A DNA stretch of 64,000 nucleotides from an uncultured delta proteobacterium. GTDB taxonomy: Bacteria; Desulfobacterota; RBG-13-43-22. The DNA lies in the NCBI GenBank assembly GCA_963790475.1, contig CAWBOS010000013.1, positions 256,001 through 320,000 on the forward strand, written 5' to 3'. The notes below the pieces were generated by a model. That model was not told the origin of the DNA. It worked only from the letters and a program-made list of their open reading frames with translations, and made no database searches. The position numbers and the translations under genes are program-made. This document shows, piece by piece, positions 39,195-49,205 of the stretch. Each line of letters opens with the position of its first letter. Within the stretch, counting starts at the first letter, position 1.

Positions 39195-40295
39195 TTGGCA
39201 TCCCCGATGGTTAAAGGCGGCCCCCTAACATTCGAGAGCGTCCATCGGCTGCTTATCATCCAACTGGGTGATATTGGCGATGTTGTCCTTACTACTCCGA
39301 GTATAGTGGCCTTGCGGAAACGGTTTCCGCAGAGCGAAATAACCATAGCCGTGCGCGGTAAAGCCAAAGAACTCATGGACGATTGCCCTTTGGTCGACAA
39401 AGTAATAGTTGCGGATAAGGAAACGGGCCCCCTCCTTAAACAATGGACTGAGGTAAGGAGCCAAATCCGCACCCTGCGTAAAACCGGATTCGACCTGGCG
39501 ATCGATTTTCGCACCGGCACGCGTGGTGCCGTAACGGCCTGGCTCTCGGGCGCATCCCAGCGAATCGCTTTTTGCGCAGACAATGAAACATTCTGGCGTA
39601 ATTGGGCCTTTACCCATCTGGCGGATCTCCCTTATCAGGTAGGTACCTATGTGGCGGATTACTATCATCAGCTTCTACAGGTGGTTGGTCTTTCCGCCCA
39701 ACCCGGTCCGCTGCAGTTGTGGGTAGACCCCGGCAGACAGCGACGCGTGGATCATCTTTGCCAGGAGGCGGGATTCAACCCCCAATCCCCTTTTGCGGTC
39801 ATTCAACCCTTTTCCTTGTGGTCCTACAAAGAGCTGCCGCGGAACCACTATGTCCAACTTATTGAAGCGATTCATCGCCAATTTGACCTTCCGATGGTGA
39901 TCGTGGGCGCCCCCGCGGAAAGGGAAAAGGCCGAAGCGATCTTAGATCGCTGCCAAAGTAAAGCCTTTAATTTCGCCGGGAAGACCAGCATTGGCGAATT
40001 GGTGGCGCTGTTATCCCGCAGCCTTCTTTTTGTGGGCATCGACAGTTCCGGATTGCATATGGCCGCGGCGGTGGATTGCCCGACTGTGGGAATTTTTGGT
40101 CCTTCGGCCCCGGCCTCCTGGGCGCCTCGCGGGGAACAACATAAAGTTGTGCAACCCGACGAGCCTTGCGTCCCTTGTCGTAACAAGGGATGCGAGGATA
40201 CCGGAGTGAGCCAATGTCTACAACGGTGGCCGGTTGAAAATATCTTGACTGTAATTGAGGGGCAGTTGCATTCCTTGAAACACCACAGGGAATGA
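39195..40295 (+). CDS. GT9 LPS heptosyltransferase
   Basis: IGDVVLTTP, GKTS, DSSGLHMAAA, IFGP. Confidence 0.9.
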   Translation: MASPMVKGGPLTFESVHRLLIIQLGDIGDVVLTTPSIVALRKRFPQSEITIAVRGKAKELMDDCPLVDKVIVADKETGPLLKQWTEVRSQIRTLRKTGFDLAIDFRTGTRGAVTAWLSGASQRIAFCADNETFWRNWAFTHLADLPYQVGTYVADYYHQLLQVVGLSAQPGPLQLWVDPGRQRRVDHLCQEAGFNPQSPFAVIQPFSLWSYKELPRNHYVQLIEAIHRQFDLPMVIVGAPAEREKAEAILDRCQSKAFNFAGKTSIGELVALLSRSLLFVGIDSSGLHMAAAVDCPTVGIFGPSAPASWAPRGEQHKVVQPDEPCVPCRNKGCEDTGVSQCLQRWPVENILTVIEGQLHSLKHHRE

Positions 40296-40708
40296 GATAG
40301 ATTGGACGGCAAAGGATTTCGATTTCTGTCTCAACAGCCATCTCTTATTACTCGGGCATGTTGAGAGCGGATATCGCTTCTTTAAGGTCCGACTCGTGGG
40401 CCGGGGTCATTTCTCACCTCCAGTTATTTTGTTTCGGTCGTAGATTGACAAGGCCATTCATCGAGGGGCATGGATAATATCTAATTACGCCCTTCCCGAT
40501 CATCAGTCGCTGGTAATGGCGCCGCACACCTGGGGAGGGATTGCTCAGTTCCGGAAAGTCCGTTAATACCCTTATAATGATTTTTCACTAAGCAGGCAGT
40601 GTTAATATATCGAATGATGAGGGGCGCTTCTCCAACTCTTGGTCAAAGGTCGAAATAAAGGTCAACGATTATAATTTGAAAGGGACGCCCAGCGAAGCCG
40701 AACCCATT

Positions 40709-41986
40709 CTAACCCAATCTTCTATTCTTTTGTTTATTTTCATACATGACCTTATCCGCCTGAGCCAGCAGGACGTCGATGGAACAGGGATTTTGGGAAT
40801 TAAAACAGGTAATGCCGAAGGTCAGGGAGAGCGCAAAGGGACGCTTTGTCTGGAGATGATGGTCATTCAAGACCTTCTCGAAGCGCTCAACCAATTTTTC
40901 AGACGAAGTCTCATGGCCGTTCATGGCCAGGATGACAAATTCATCACCTCCTATGCGGGCGATGATATCCGATTCCCGAAAAGTTTCTTTAAGTACCTGT
41001 GAAATAATCACCAAAGCTTGGTCCCCTTCTTTATGGCCGAAGGTATCATTAATACCCTTCAAATTATCCAAGTCTCCGAAAATGAGTATCATCTCCGATC
41101 CCATCCGTTCGGCCGTTTTCAAAGCCTGTTCGGCCAGGGTAAAGAATCCCCGGCGGTTAAAGAGGCCGGTCAGGTCATCTTTAAGGGACAAGGTCTTGAG
41201 AGCTTCTTCGGCCTGCTTGCGCTCGGTAATGTCACGGCCAATCCCCAGGACCGAATGGGGCTGACCATTATGATGGATAATGGAGGCCTTGGTTTCCACA
41301 GTTACATAGCTGCCGTCCTTGCGCTTTAATTTATATTCGCATAATTCTTTCTGAAAGCCGGTCTGTAATATCTCATTGAAATCTTTTAGTCCCCTGGAGA
41401 GATCATCTTCGCTTAACAAAGACGCAATACTAAGACGGTCAATATCTGCTCTTTCATAGCCCAACATATTCAAGGCCGCCTGGTTGGCATCGACGAACGC
41501 CCCCTCAAGATCGACGATATATACGGCGTCATGGGAGCGGTCAAACAGGGCGATGAAGCGCTCATTGCTTTCCTTAAGTTGTTTTTCTGCCAGCCTCCGC
41601 ACCCGTCTTTCCCCGGCCTCTATCAACTCCCGCTCAATCGCGGGAATAAGGCGATACAGGTTGTCCTTCATGATATAGTCATTAGCGCCGGCTTTCATAG
41701 CCTCCACGGCGGTCTCTTCCCCGATGGCACCGGATACGATGATGAGAGGGATGTCCAGTCCGGTATCCTTAAACATTTCAATGACGGCAAGACCGTTGAA
41801 GGTTGGAAGCTTATAATCGCACAGGATCACGTCCCACCGCTTTTCCCGAAGGGCAGAGCGAATAATCTCGATTGTTTCCACCCGTTCATATATCGGATCA
41901 TACCCCCCCTTTTGAAGCTCACGGATAAGCAGCAGAGCATCATCCTCTGAATCCTCAATCAATAAAACTCGAAGGGGCTCTCCCAT
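40709..41986 (-). CDS. Diguanylate cyclase, REC-PAS-GGDEF
   Basis: LLIEDSEDD receiver; PAS; DDLTGLFNRR; RESD I-site; intact GGDEF; AAGGAG RBS. Confidence 0.93.
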   Translation of the reverse strand: MGEPLRVLLIEDSEDDALLLIRELQKGGYDPIYERVETIEIIRSALREKRWDVILCDYKLPTFNGLAVIEMFKDTGLDIPLIIVSGAIGEETAVEAMKAGANDYIMKDNLYRLIPAIERELIEAGERRVRRLAEKQLKESNERFIALFDRSHDAVYIVDLEGAFVDANQAALNMLGYERADIDRLSIASLLSEDDLSRGLKDFNEILQTGFQKELCEYKLKRKDGSYVTVETKASIIHHNGQPHSVLGIGRDITERKQAEEALKTLSLKDDLTGLFNRRGFFTLAEQALKTAERMGSEMILIFGDLDNLKGINDTFGHKEGDQALVIISQVLKETFRESDIIARIGGDEFVILAMNGHETSSEKLVERFEKVLNDHHLQTKRPFALSLTFGITCFNSQNPCSIDVLLAQADKVMYENKQKNRRLG

Positions 41987-41997
41987 TTTCTTTCTCC

Positions 41998-42160
41998 TTA
42001 CCCCCCAAGGGGGCCGGCTCATTCCGGGGAGCCCAAAAAGGCCGAAGAATTTGGCGGCACCCGGAACTGTTCAAAATCAAGGGGCTCTCGGGCCTAACTT
42101 TTGGCCCGGTTTTTACCCTTCGATCACGTTCTTCTGATCTATGGATGATGTAATGAAAAA
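41998..42160 (-). pseudogene. Decayed C-terminus of an Rcp-type single-domain response regulator
   Basis: Across frameshifts and stops reads ITSS...VIEG*K.GAKS*AREPLDFEQF...GLF...NEPAP, resembling LTSS...GANSYVRKPVDF...LGLYW...NEPPP. Confidence 0.55.
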
Positions 42161-42291
42161 CCCCACCTCTATTTTGAAAAACGGGGATTATTCCATCAGC
42201 ACTCCTTGTTTAAGGGTAGTCAGCACTAAAACAGTTTAATTTTACATAGAAATTTCTATCCCGTCCCCATCAATAAGTCAACTAAAATCCT

Positions 42292-43050
42292 TTAGAATTG
42301 GACTCTACGCGTGAGGGCGCCGTCGCAGATCAGGTTCGTACCACTGATGAAGCTGGCGGCCGGACTCGAGAGAAAGACGACCGCGTTGGCGACCTCCTGC
42401 GGCGTCCCCATGCGGCCTGTCGGGTTTCGCGAGAGCGCATTTTTGTATATCTCGACGGCCTGCTGCTGGATCCTCTGCCACACCCCGCCTTCGAAATAGA
42501 CCGTTCCCGGCGAGACGAGATTGGCCCTAATGTTATTCGGTGCAAGCTGTACAGCCAGCCCCTTGATATAGGGAATGAGTGCCGCCTTTACGCCGGAGTA
42601 GGCCTGCGGCCCCTCCACCTGGACGGCCGCAGTGGAGCAGACCACCACAATGGCGCCGGTACCGGATTTCTTAAGAAACGGCAGTCCGGCTTCCACTGCG
42701 TTGACGGTTCCCAGGATGTCCAGTTCGAACCCGCGCTTCCAGGACGCCGGGCCGGCGCCTACGTCCATGGCACTCACGTTGGGAACCAGGATGTCGAGGC
42801 CGCCCAGGGTCTTCTCCGCGCTCTCGATCCAGGACCTCAAGGCTTCCCCCTGAGCCACATCGACCGCCGAACCCGTGGCCTTCGCTCCCCAGGCTTCCAG
42901 TGCGGCCACGGCCTGCTTCACCTCGTCTTCGTGTCGCGCGCAGATCCCTACATCGCATCCTTCACGCGCCAGAGTCTCGGCGATGGCGCGTCCTATCCCC
43001 CGCGTCCCCCCGGTCACGATCGCCTTCTTTCCCTTCAATCCTAAGTCCAT
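42292..43050 (-). CDS. SDR family oxidoreductase (FabG-like)
   Basis: TGGTRGIG, YSGVK, GRMGTPQEVA. Confidence 0.92.
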   Translation of the reverse strand: MDLGLKGKKAIVTGGTRGIGRAIAETLAREGCDVGICARHEDEVKQAVAALEAWGAKATGSAVDVAQGEALRSWIESAEKTLGGLDILVPNVSAMDVGAGPASWKRGFELDILGTVNAVEAGLPFLKKSGTGAIVVVCSTAAVQVEGPQAYSGVKAALIPYIKGLAVQLAPNNIRANLVSPGTVYFEGGVWQRIQQQAVEIYKNALSRNPTGRMGTPQEVANAVVFLSSPAASFISGTNLICDGALTRRVQF

Positions 43051-43198
43051 CGTCTCTCCTTTCCCCGGCCACCGGGAACCCCATATGTTCAGCGCCTGCC
43101 TTCGAGTGCCCTATCCCCTGCCTCAGGCAAACCACTGATCGGGATTACCAGCCCACTTGATAAGATTTGTTTTTTAGTTAGAAAAATATATAAACAAG

Positions 43199-43843
43199 TC
43201 ATTCATTCACCGGTTTATTGGATAATGCCCGTTCCCTCAGGGACCGTATAACGGTAAGCGGGGTTTCCGTGATAACCATGTTATAGAGCCGTGAAGGGAT
43301 ATTCCCGCCCGGATCAACAAACCCTTCCAGCAAGACATGAACATACCCGTTTTCCATAGGTTGAACACTCCATTTTTGCCAGTATTTCCTGACCCGCACC
43401 AGATCCGGTGCTTCCGGGATAACATTAAGGAGAGGTTTTGCAAGATAGGTTCGTTCTCCGGTTACAGGATCCTCTGTAATGGTCGATTCCACCACCAGGT
43501 CGCGGTCGGAAAACGGCCAGGGTACATTGTAAATGAGGTAATACTGGATAAACTTATTTTCCTGGTGGGCGAGTACTTTTATTCCCCGGATGTCCTTTCC
43601 CCACCAGTCAAAGTTCTTTCCGTTTCCAAGCAACAAACATAATTTTTCCACTTTGGCCTGGAAAGTGGTTTCCCCTTTGAAGGATTTCAACGAACTGTTC
43701 ATTTCCTTCCTGGTAAATATTTTTATCCCGTCTTTTTCCTTAATGAAAACCCAGGGCTGACCGTAAAGATCTTTGGCCATGATAATAAATAAAAATGATA
43801 AGGTCAGGGGGATCCAAAAGTAATGCTTCATCAGGAACACCAA
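43199..43843 (-). CDS. Secreted START-domain protein
   Basis: Signal peptide; KEKDGIKIF, PWPFSDRD, DPGGNIP. Confidence 0.85.
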   Translation of the reverse strand: MVFLMKHYFWIPLTLSFLFIIMAKDLYGQPWVFIKEKDGIKIFTRKEMNSSLKSFKGETTFQAKVEKLCLLLGNGKNFDWWGKDIRGIKVLAHQENKFIQYYLIYNVPWPFSDRDLVVESTITEDPVTGERTYLAKPLLNVIPEAPDLVRVRKYWQKWSVQPMENGYVHVLLEGFVDPGGNIPSRLYNMVITETPLTVIRSLRERALSNKPVNE

Positions 43844-44150
43844 TTATTATGCAAAGTAAATTTAACCAAGTCAAGTTAACTACAAGAAACTATTTCCGAG
43901 TTGTTGGGGCCGTCCTGACGATAAAAAAGCTGAACAAAGGCAAAAAGAATCAGCAGAATAAAATCGTTATAGAAAAGCTTGAAGAATAATCCGAACTGAA
44001 ACGCCAGGGATTTATCTCCTCTGTCCCTTATTCAGTTTATGAAAAGACGTTTCTTTTGAATGGTAGAGTATAAAATACGATGGAAGATCGGTCAATTATA
44101 AAAAATAAGAAAAGACGGGGGTCTCAAGGATTTTCAAAGGCTTGAACCGC

Positions 44151-44609
44151 TTATTCTTTCCCCCGCTCCTGGCGGTCGGCTTCCCGTTTCATATCCTTCT
44201 TTTTTATGGCTTCTCTCTTGTCATACAATTTCTTCCCTTTGACCAAAGCCAGCTCGACCTTGGCCTTACCGCCCTGGAAGTAAAGTTTGAGCGGGACTAC
44301 GGTCAAACCTTTTTCCTGAATCTTCCCGATCATCCGCCTGATTTCCTGTTTATGCAGGAGGAGCTTTCGGGTTCGGGTCGCGTCCTGCTCATTCAAGGGG
44401 GAATTTTCATAGGGGCTGATGTGGACCTCATGCAAAAACACTTCCCCACCCTTGGGTTTGGCATAACTGTCTTTCAGGTTGGCCCTTCCCAGGCGGAGTG
44501 ATTTAACCTCCGGTCCGGTCAATACCAAACCGGCTTCAACGGTTTCCTGAATCTGGTAATCATGATGGGCCTTGCGGTTTTGGCAGATTATTTTTATATG
44601 TTCAGCCAT
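44151..44609 (-). CDS. smpB: SsrA-binding protein
   Basis: NRKAHHDY, GPEVKSLR, RKLLLH, GKKLYDKR. Confidence 0.98.
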   Translation of the reverse strand: MAEHIKIICQNRKAHHDYQIQETVEAGLVLTGPEVKSLRLGRANLKDSYAKPKGGEVFLHEVHISPYENSPLNEQDATRTRKLLLHKQEIRRMIGKIQEKGLTVVPLKLYFQGGKAKVELALVKGKKLYDKREAIKKKDMKREADRQERGKE

Positions 44610-44623
44610 CTCTTTTCAAAAAT

Positions 44624-44714
44624 AGGGTTCAAGGAGTCGAGGATTCAAGGGTTCAAGGGTTCGACCTTTTTAGTTTATACTTGAATCCTTGACTCCTGGA
44701 CCCCTCGAATCCTT
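44624..44714. repeat. Hairpin of 8-mer tandem repeats
   Basis: GGGTTCAA-GGAGTCGA-GGATTCAA-GGGTTCAA arm versus TTGAATCC-TTGACTCC-TGGACCCC-TCGAATCC arm. Confidence 0.78.
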
Positions 44715-44720
44715 TCTTTT

Positions 44721-46502
44721 TCAATAAAGCATCGTTCCGTTGATCCCGAAACTATCGGAGAACAATTGAAACATCTCCTGTTTGACATAGGCATTAATCT
44801 CTTCGGTTGTATTCAAGGCAAAAACTTTGTGCAAGAACTTCTTCGATTTTTTGTGAGAGGCCATGCGGATGATCCGTTTGACCCGGGGGAGGGACATGGG
44901 ATTCATACTCAGTTCATCCAGCCCCAGCCCGAGCAAGATCGGGATGTAAAGAGGTTCTCCGGCCATTTCCCCGCACATGGCCACCGGGATCCCGGCCCGA
45001 TGCCCGGCCTCAACGGTTTGCTGGAGCAGGCGCAGGATGGCCGGGTGCAAAGGCTGATACATATGGGCTACCTGTTCATTGACCCGGTCGATGGCCAGCG
45101 TATATTGAATCAAGTCATTGGTCCCGATGCTGAAAAAATCGACCTCCCTGGCCAGCAAATCGGCTATGGCCACGGCCGAAGGGATCTCGATCATGATCCC
45201 AATGGGAATTTTTGGGTCAAAAGGAATTTTTTCGGCGGTAAGGTCATCCTTGACCTCTTTAAGAATGGCCTTGGCCTTGAAAACCTCGTCGATGTCGGAG
45301 ATCATAGGGAAGAGTATCTTTAAGCTCCCATAGGGACTGGCCCGTAAGATGGCCCGTAGCTGTCGTTTAAAAATATCCACCTCTTTCAGGGAAAAGCGGA
45401 TGGCCCTCAAACCCAGGGCCGGATTCATCTCCTCGGCCAGGTCCATGTGGGAAGCGAACTTATCCCCGCCGATGTCCAGGGTTCGGATGGTCACCGGATT
45501 GGGGGCGATGAGCCGGCCTACATTCCTGAAGCTTTCAAAAAGGGTTTCCTCACTGGGCAATTCTTTCTGGCTCAAATATAAAAATTCAGTCCGGAAAAGA
45601 CCGATGCCCTCCGCCCCGTTGGCCAATACGGTGGGAATCTCTTCCAGAAACTCAATATTGGCCAGGGCCTTGATCCGGAACCCATCCAGGGTTTCTGCCG
45701 GCAGATAGCTGTATTTGGCGATCTCGTTCCGGTAGGCGGCCAGTTTTTCCTTTTTTTGTTGATAAGAATATATCGTTTCCGGATCGGGGTTCAGGATCAC
45801 CTGGCCATCGCTGCCATCCACGATAATCCAATCCCCACTGCTAATCGCCTGGGTGATTCGTTCCAGGCCAACTACGGCCGGAATTTCCAGGGACTGGGCA
45901 ATAATGGCGGTATGGGAGGTCTTTCCGCCCATGTCGGTGACAAAACCCAGAACGTTGTCCAGTCGCATCTGGGTGGTATCGGCAGGAGAAAGATCATGGG
46001 CCACAATAATGACTTGCCCTTGGATGTCGGCTAGATTCTCCACCTTCTTTCCCGTCAGATTTCGGAGGATCCTTTCTGAAACATAGACCACATCGTTAAT
46101 CCGAGCACGAAAATACTCATCCTTAATTTTGGCAAAAACTTCCTGGGAGTGTTCGACGGCCTTTCGAAGGGCCCATTCGGCATTGATCTGTTCGTCCCGG
46201 ATGAGCTCCAGGGTTTGGTCATAGATCATCCGGTCCTTTAGAATCAAGCGGTGAGAATCAATAATACCGGCATGATCTTTAATCTCTTCAGGGATTTCTT
46301 CGATGATCTGATGGAGTTGGAGATCGGCTTTGTCTACCGCCTCTTTAAATCGTTCCATCTCCGGTTCGATCTGGCTGGGATCGAGAAGGTATTGGTAAAC
46401 AACCTTGACCCGGCTGCGATCCACCAGATAGGCTTGGCCTATAGCTACCCCGCCGGAGGCCACGACCCCCTTCATAAGGACATTCATGGGTCCTTTTTCC
46501 AT
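44721..46502 (-). CDS. ptsI: PTS enzyme I
   Basis: GGKTSHTAI, GIGLFRTEF, DFFSIGTNDL, MCGEMAG. Confidence 0.96.
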   Translation of the reverse strand: MEKGPMNVLMKGVVASGGVAIGQAYLVDRSRVKVVYQYLLDPSQIEPEMERFKEAVDKADLQLHQIIEEIPEEIKDHAGIIDSHRLILKDRMIYDQTLELIRDEQINAEWALRKAVEHSQEVFAKIKDEYFRARINDVVYVSERILRNLTGKKVENLADIQGQVIIVAHDLSPADTTQMRLDNVLGFVTDMGGKTSHTAIIAQSLEIPAVVGLERITQAISSGDWIIVDGSDGQVILNPDPETIYSYQQKKEKLAAYRNEIAKYSYLPAETLDGFRIKALANIEFLEEIPTVLANGAEGIGLFRTEFLYLSQKELPSEETLFESFRNVGRLIAPNPVTIRTLDIGGDKFASHMDLAEEMNPALGLRAIRFSLKEVDIFKRQLRAILRASPYGSLKILFPMISDIDEVFKAKAILKEVKDDLTAEKIPFDPKIPIGIMIEIPSAVAIADLLAREVDFFSIGTNDLIQYTLAIDRVNEQVAHMYQPLHPAILRLLQQTVEAGHRAGIPVAMCGEMAGEPLYIPILLGLGLDELSMNPMSLPRVKRIIRMASHKKSKKFLHKVFALNTTEEINAYVKQEMFQLFSDSFGINGTMLY

Positions 46503-46509
46503 AAAAGGA

Positions 46510-46773
46510 TTATTCTTCTCCAAACTTGTCATCGATCAGCCTTTCCACGGCTTCCAGGAGTTCATCGGCATCGGGGCCGTCGGCCCGCAGTAAGATTTTT
46601 GAACCAACGGGACAGGCCAGGGTCAGAATACTTAAGATACTTTTCCCGTCCACTTCCTGCCCATCAAACCGGATGGAAAAGTCTGAGGTATAACTATTGC
46701 TTAGTTGAACCATTTGAGCGGCCGCCCGGGCATGAAGACCTAATTTATTTTTTATGACTGACTGTCGTTCCAT
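46510..46773 (-). CDS. ptsH: HPr phosphocarrier protein
   Basis: GLHARAA, DGKSILSIL. Confidence 0.95.
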   Translation of the reverse strand: MERQSVIKNKLGLHARAAAQMVQLSNSYTSDFSIRFDGQEVDGKSILSILTLACPVGSKILLRADGPDADELLEAVERLIDDKFGEE

Positions 46774-46862
46774 TACCGTTTGGATTTCGGACTGCGGATT
46801 TGTTCCCTAAAACTTAAAACCTTGTCGACCAACATCGTCTTGCCAAAACCGAACTACGACCA

Positions 46863-47552
46863 TTATTTTTCTTCCGGTGACAGTAAAAGCGTATATTCCC
46901 CTTTGGGTTCCCGGTCCGACAATTGCCGGATCAGTTCACTGACCGGTCCGGAAATGATTTCTTCATAAACTTTGGTCAGTTCCCGGGTCAAGGTAACCTC
47001 CCTCTCTCCCAAAACGGTCCGGATCTCCTCCAAAAGGTCTCCTATCCGGTGGGGCGACTCATAGAAAATGACGGTCCTTTTTTGTTCCTTCATTTCTTGA
47101 AGGATTTTTTTTCGGCGGCTTTTACGTCGGGGCAAAAATCCCAGAAAGACAAAAGAATCCCCCGGCAATCCCGAAGCACTCAAGGCACAAATCAGGGCCG
47201 ATGGCCCAGGGATGGGAACCACCATCATCCGGGCCTGGCGTGTTTCCCGGACCAGTTCCCGTCCGGGATCGCTGATACCCGGCGTCCCGCCGTCGGTCAC
47301 CAGACTGATCTGCAGTCCTTGTTTCAATCGTTCAATCAGATCCGGTATTTTCCTAAATTTGTTATTTTCATTAAAGCTTATCAAGGGACAATGAAGATCA
47401 TAAGCAGAAAGAAGTTTCTGCGTCCTTCGCGTATCCTCAGCCGCTATCAGGTCAGAACCTTTCAGCACCTCCAGTGCCCTTAGGGTAATGTCCTTTAAAT
47501 TGCCCAGCGGCGTGGCCACCACATAAAGGGTGCCCTTTTCTTTTATTTCCAT
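46863..47552 (-). CDS. rsmI: 16S rRNA C1402 2'-O-methyltransferase
   Basis: VATPLGNL, EDTR, GTPGISDPG, YESPHR, RELTK. Confidence 0.96.
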   Translation of the reverse strand: MEIKEKGTLYVVATPLGNLKDITLRALEVLKGSDLIAAEDTRRTQKLLSAYDLHCPLISFNENNKFRKIPDLIERLKQGLQISLVTDGGTPGISDPGRELVRETRQARMMVVPIPGPSALICALSASGLPGDSFVFLGFLPRRKSRRKKILQEMKEQKRTVIFYESPHRIGDLLEEIRTVLGEREVTLTRELTKVYEEIISGPVSELIRQLSDREPKGEYTLLLSPEEK

Positions 47553-47664
47553 TCCTGATGAAGCCTAAGAATGCGGGATTAAATTCAAAATAATGGAAAG
47601 ACCAGAACTCAAAAAATATTTTCCTATTTCAACCCTTCGACGGGCAGGAGCCTTCGGCCTGCCT

Positions 47665-48051
47665 TTAATACGCCAGATCAAAGGCGTTTCGGAACAGTTC
47701 TATTTTTCCCTGCTCCTGATCCAGATCAATGGCCACCACATCAAAACGGGCCGGTTGTTCCAGAAGAGAATGACTTTTTAAATAATCCAGGGCCAACATG
47801 GACAACTTCCGTTGTTTCCTGGGGCCTACCGCCCATTTGGCCGTTCCAAAATCAGAAGTCAGACGGGTCTTGACCTCCACAAAGATCACGGTCTTTCCTT
47901 CCCGGGCAATAATATCAATTTCCCCAAGAGGCGACTTAAAATTCCTTTCCAGGATTTTATACCCTTTTTTCTTGAGGAGTTCAAAAGCCAGAGCCTCTCC
48001 TGTTCGGCCCACCCGGCTTCGAGGGTCCTTAGCTAGCTTTGGGAGTCTCAC
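47665..48051 (-). CDS. yraN: YraN/UPF0102 family protein
   Basis: GEIDII, FVEVKTR, RFDVVAI. Confidence 0.93.
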   Translation of the reverse strand: MRLPKLAKDPRSRVGRTGEALAFELLKKKGYKILERNFKSPLGEIDIIAREGKTVIFVEVKTRLTSDFGTAKWAVGPRKQRKLSMLALDYLKSHSLLEQPARFDVVAIDLDQEQGKIELFRNAFDLAY

Positions 48052-48667
48052 CGGAAAACGTTCCTCTAAAACTTAAGCGATGGAGTGGACAAGGCCCGTA
48101 TTTCTTCAAGGCGACCAAATGTTCATGAGTCCCATATCCCTTATTATTGAAAAAATTATATTGCGGGAAATGGTGATGCCAAGATTCCATCAGCTTGTCT
48201 CGAACCACCTTGGCTATGATAGAGGCGGCCCCAATAGCGTGACTCAGGCGGTCACCCTGGATCAAACATTTCTGAAAAAAAGGTTGGTTCAAGGGACGAT
48301 TTCCATCGACAAGGATCAAATCGGGTTTCACCTTGAGATGAAAAACCGCCCTTTCCATGGCCGCCAATGAGGCTTGGAGGATATTCAGTCGATCAATTTC
48401 CCGGGGCCCAAGGAGCCCCAGACCTACAGTCATCGACTTCTGCTTGATCAAGAGGAAGAGTGATTCCCGTTGCTTGGGGGTTAATTGTTTGGAGTCGGCC
48501 ACACCGGGAACAAAGACCCCAGGTGGAAAAATAACCGCCGCCGCCAGCACCGGCCCGGCCAGAGGACCCCGCCCGACCTCATCCACCCCGGCGATCAGGA
48601 TGGTGCCCGCTTTATCAATTTTACGTTCGTAATAATAAAAGGACTTCGTTGCCGTGCTCACAACCAC
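48029..48667 (-). CDS. rnhB: Ribonuclease HII
   Basis: GVDEVGRGPLAGPV, DSK, AASIIAKV, KGYGT. Confidence 0.96.
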   Translation of the reverse strand: MVVSTATKSFYYYERKIDKAGTILIAGVDEVGRGPLAGPVLAAAVIFPPGVFVPGVADSKQLTPKQRESLFLLIKQKSMTVGLGLLGPREIDRLNILQASLAAMERAVFHLKVKPDLILVDGNRPLNQPFFQKCLIQGDRLSHAIGAASIIAKVVRDKLMESWHHHFPQYNFFNNKGYGTHEHLVALKKYGPCPLHRLSFRGTFSGETPKAS

Positions 48668-48699
48668 CTGATCATTAGGCTAAGGGAGGTAAAAAATCC

Positions 48700-48767
48700 G
48701 GTTCGGAGTTAAGAGTTTCGAGTTCGGAGCAAAACCAAAACTACTCCAGACTCTGAACTCCGAACTC
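48700..48767. repeat. Hairpin of 7-mer tandem repeats
   Basis: GTTCGGA-GTTAAGA-GTTTCGA-GTTCGGA arm versus CTCCAGA-CTCTGAA-CTCCGAA arm. Confidence 0.75.
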
Positions 48768-49139
48768 TTAACTCCGGGAAGCCGCCCCATTAGGGGTTAC
48801 CCTTCGTTCTTTGATCCGGGCTGCCTTGCCTTTAAGTTCCCTTAGGTAATACAATCGCGAACGGCGCACTTTCCCCCGGCTGACAATATCAATCCGATCA
48901 ATGGCCGGCGCGTGGAGGGGGAAAATACGCTCCACACCTACGCCATAGGAAACCTTGCGCACCGTAAAAGTGGCCCCGGTATTTCCTTTTCTTTTTCGAA
49001 TAACTACCCCTTCAAAAACCTGGATCCGTTCCTTTTCCCCTTCTTTTATTTTGACATGGACCCGAATCTGATCTCCGGTTTTAAAGTCGGGAAGATCCAC
49101 CCGCATCTGTTCTTTTTCCAACATGGTTAAGGCATCCAT
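48768..49139 (-). CDS. rplS: 50S ribosomal protein L19
   Basis: [30 protein letters not shown]. Confidence 0.98.
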   Translation of the reverse strand: MDALTMLEKEQMRVDLPDFKTGDQIRVHVKIKEGEKERIQVFEGVVIRKRKGNTGATFTVRKVSYGVGVERIFPLHAPAIDRIDIVSRGKVRRSRLYYLRELKGKAARIKERRVTPNGAASRS

Positions 49140-49205
49140 TCTATTTGCTCCTTTTCTAATTCTTTACAACATGCGCCTCTTGCAACTGTTTCCAATCCTT
49201 GGCAG

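Noticed and set aside
42000-42130. Possible c-di-GMP riboswitch upstream of the GGDEF gene
   Set aside because: Lacks GCAAA, GAAA tetraloop and GACGCAAAGC consensus; better explained as a decayed response regulator
42298-43044. 248-aa antisense ORF over the SDR
   Set aside because: Mirror frame typical of GC-rich SDR genes
43850-44140. tmRNA next to smpB
   Set aside because: No tRNA-like tmRNA ends visible
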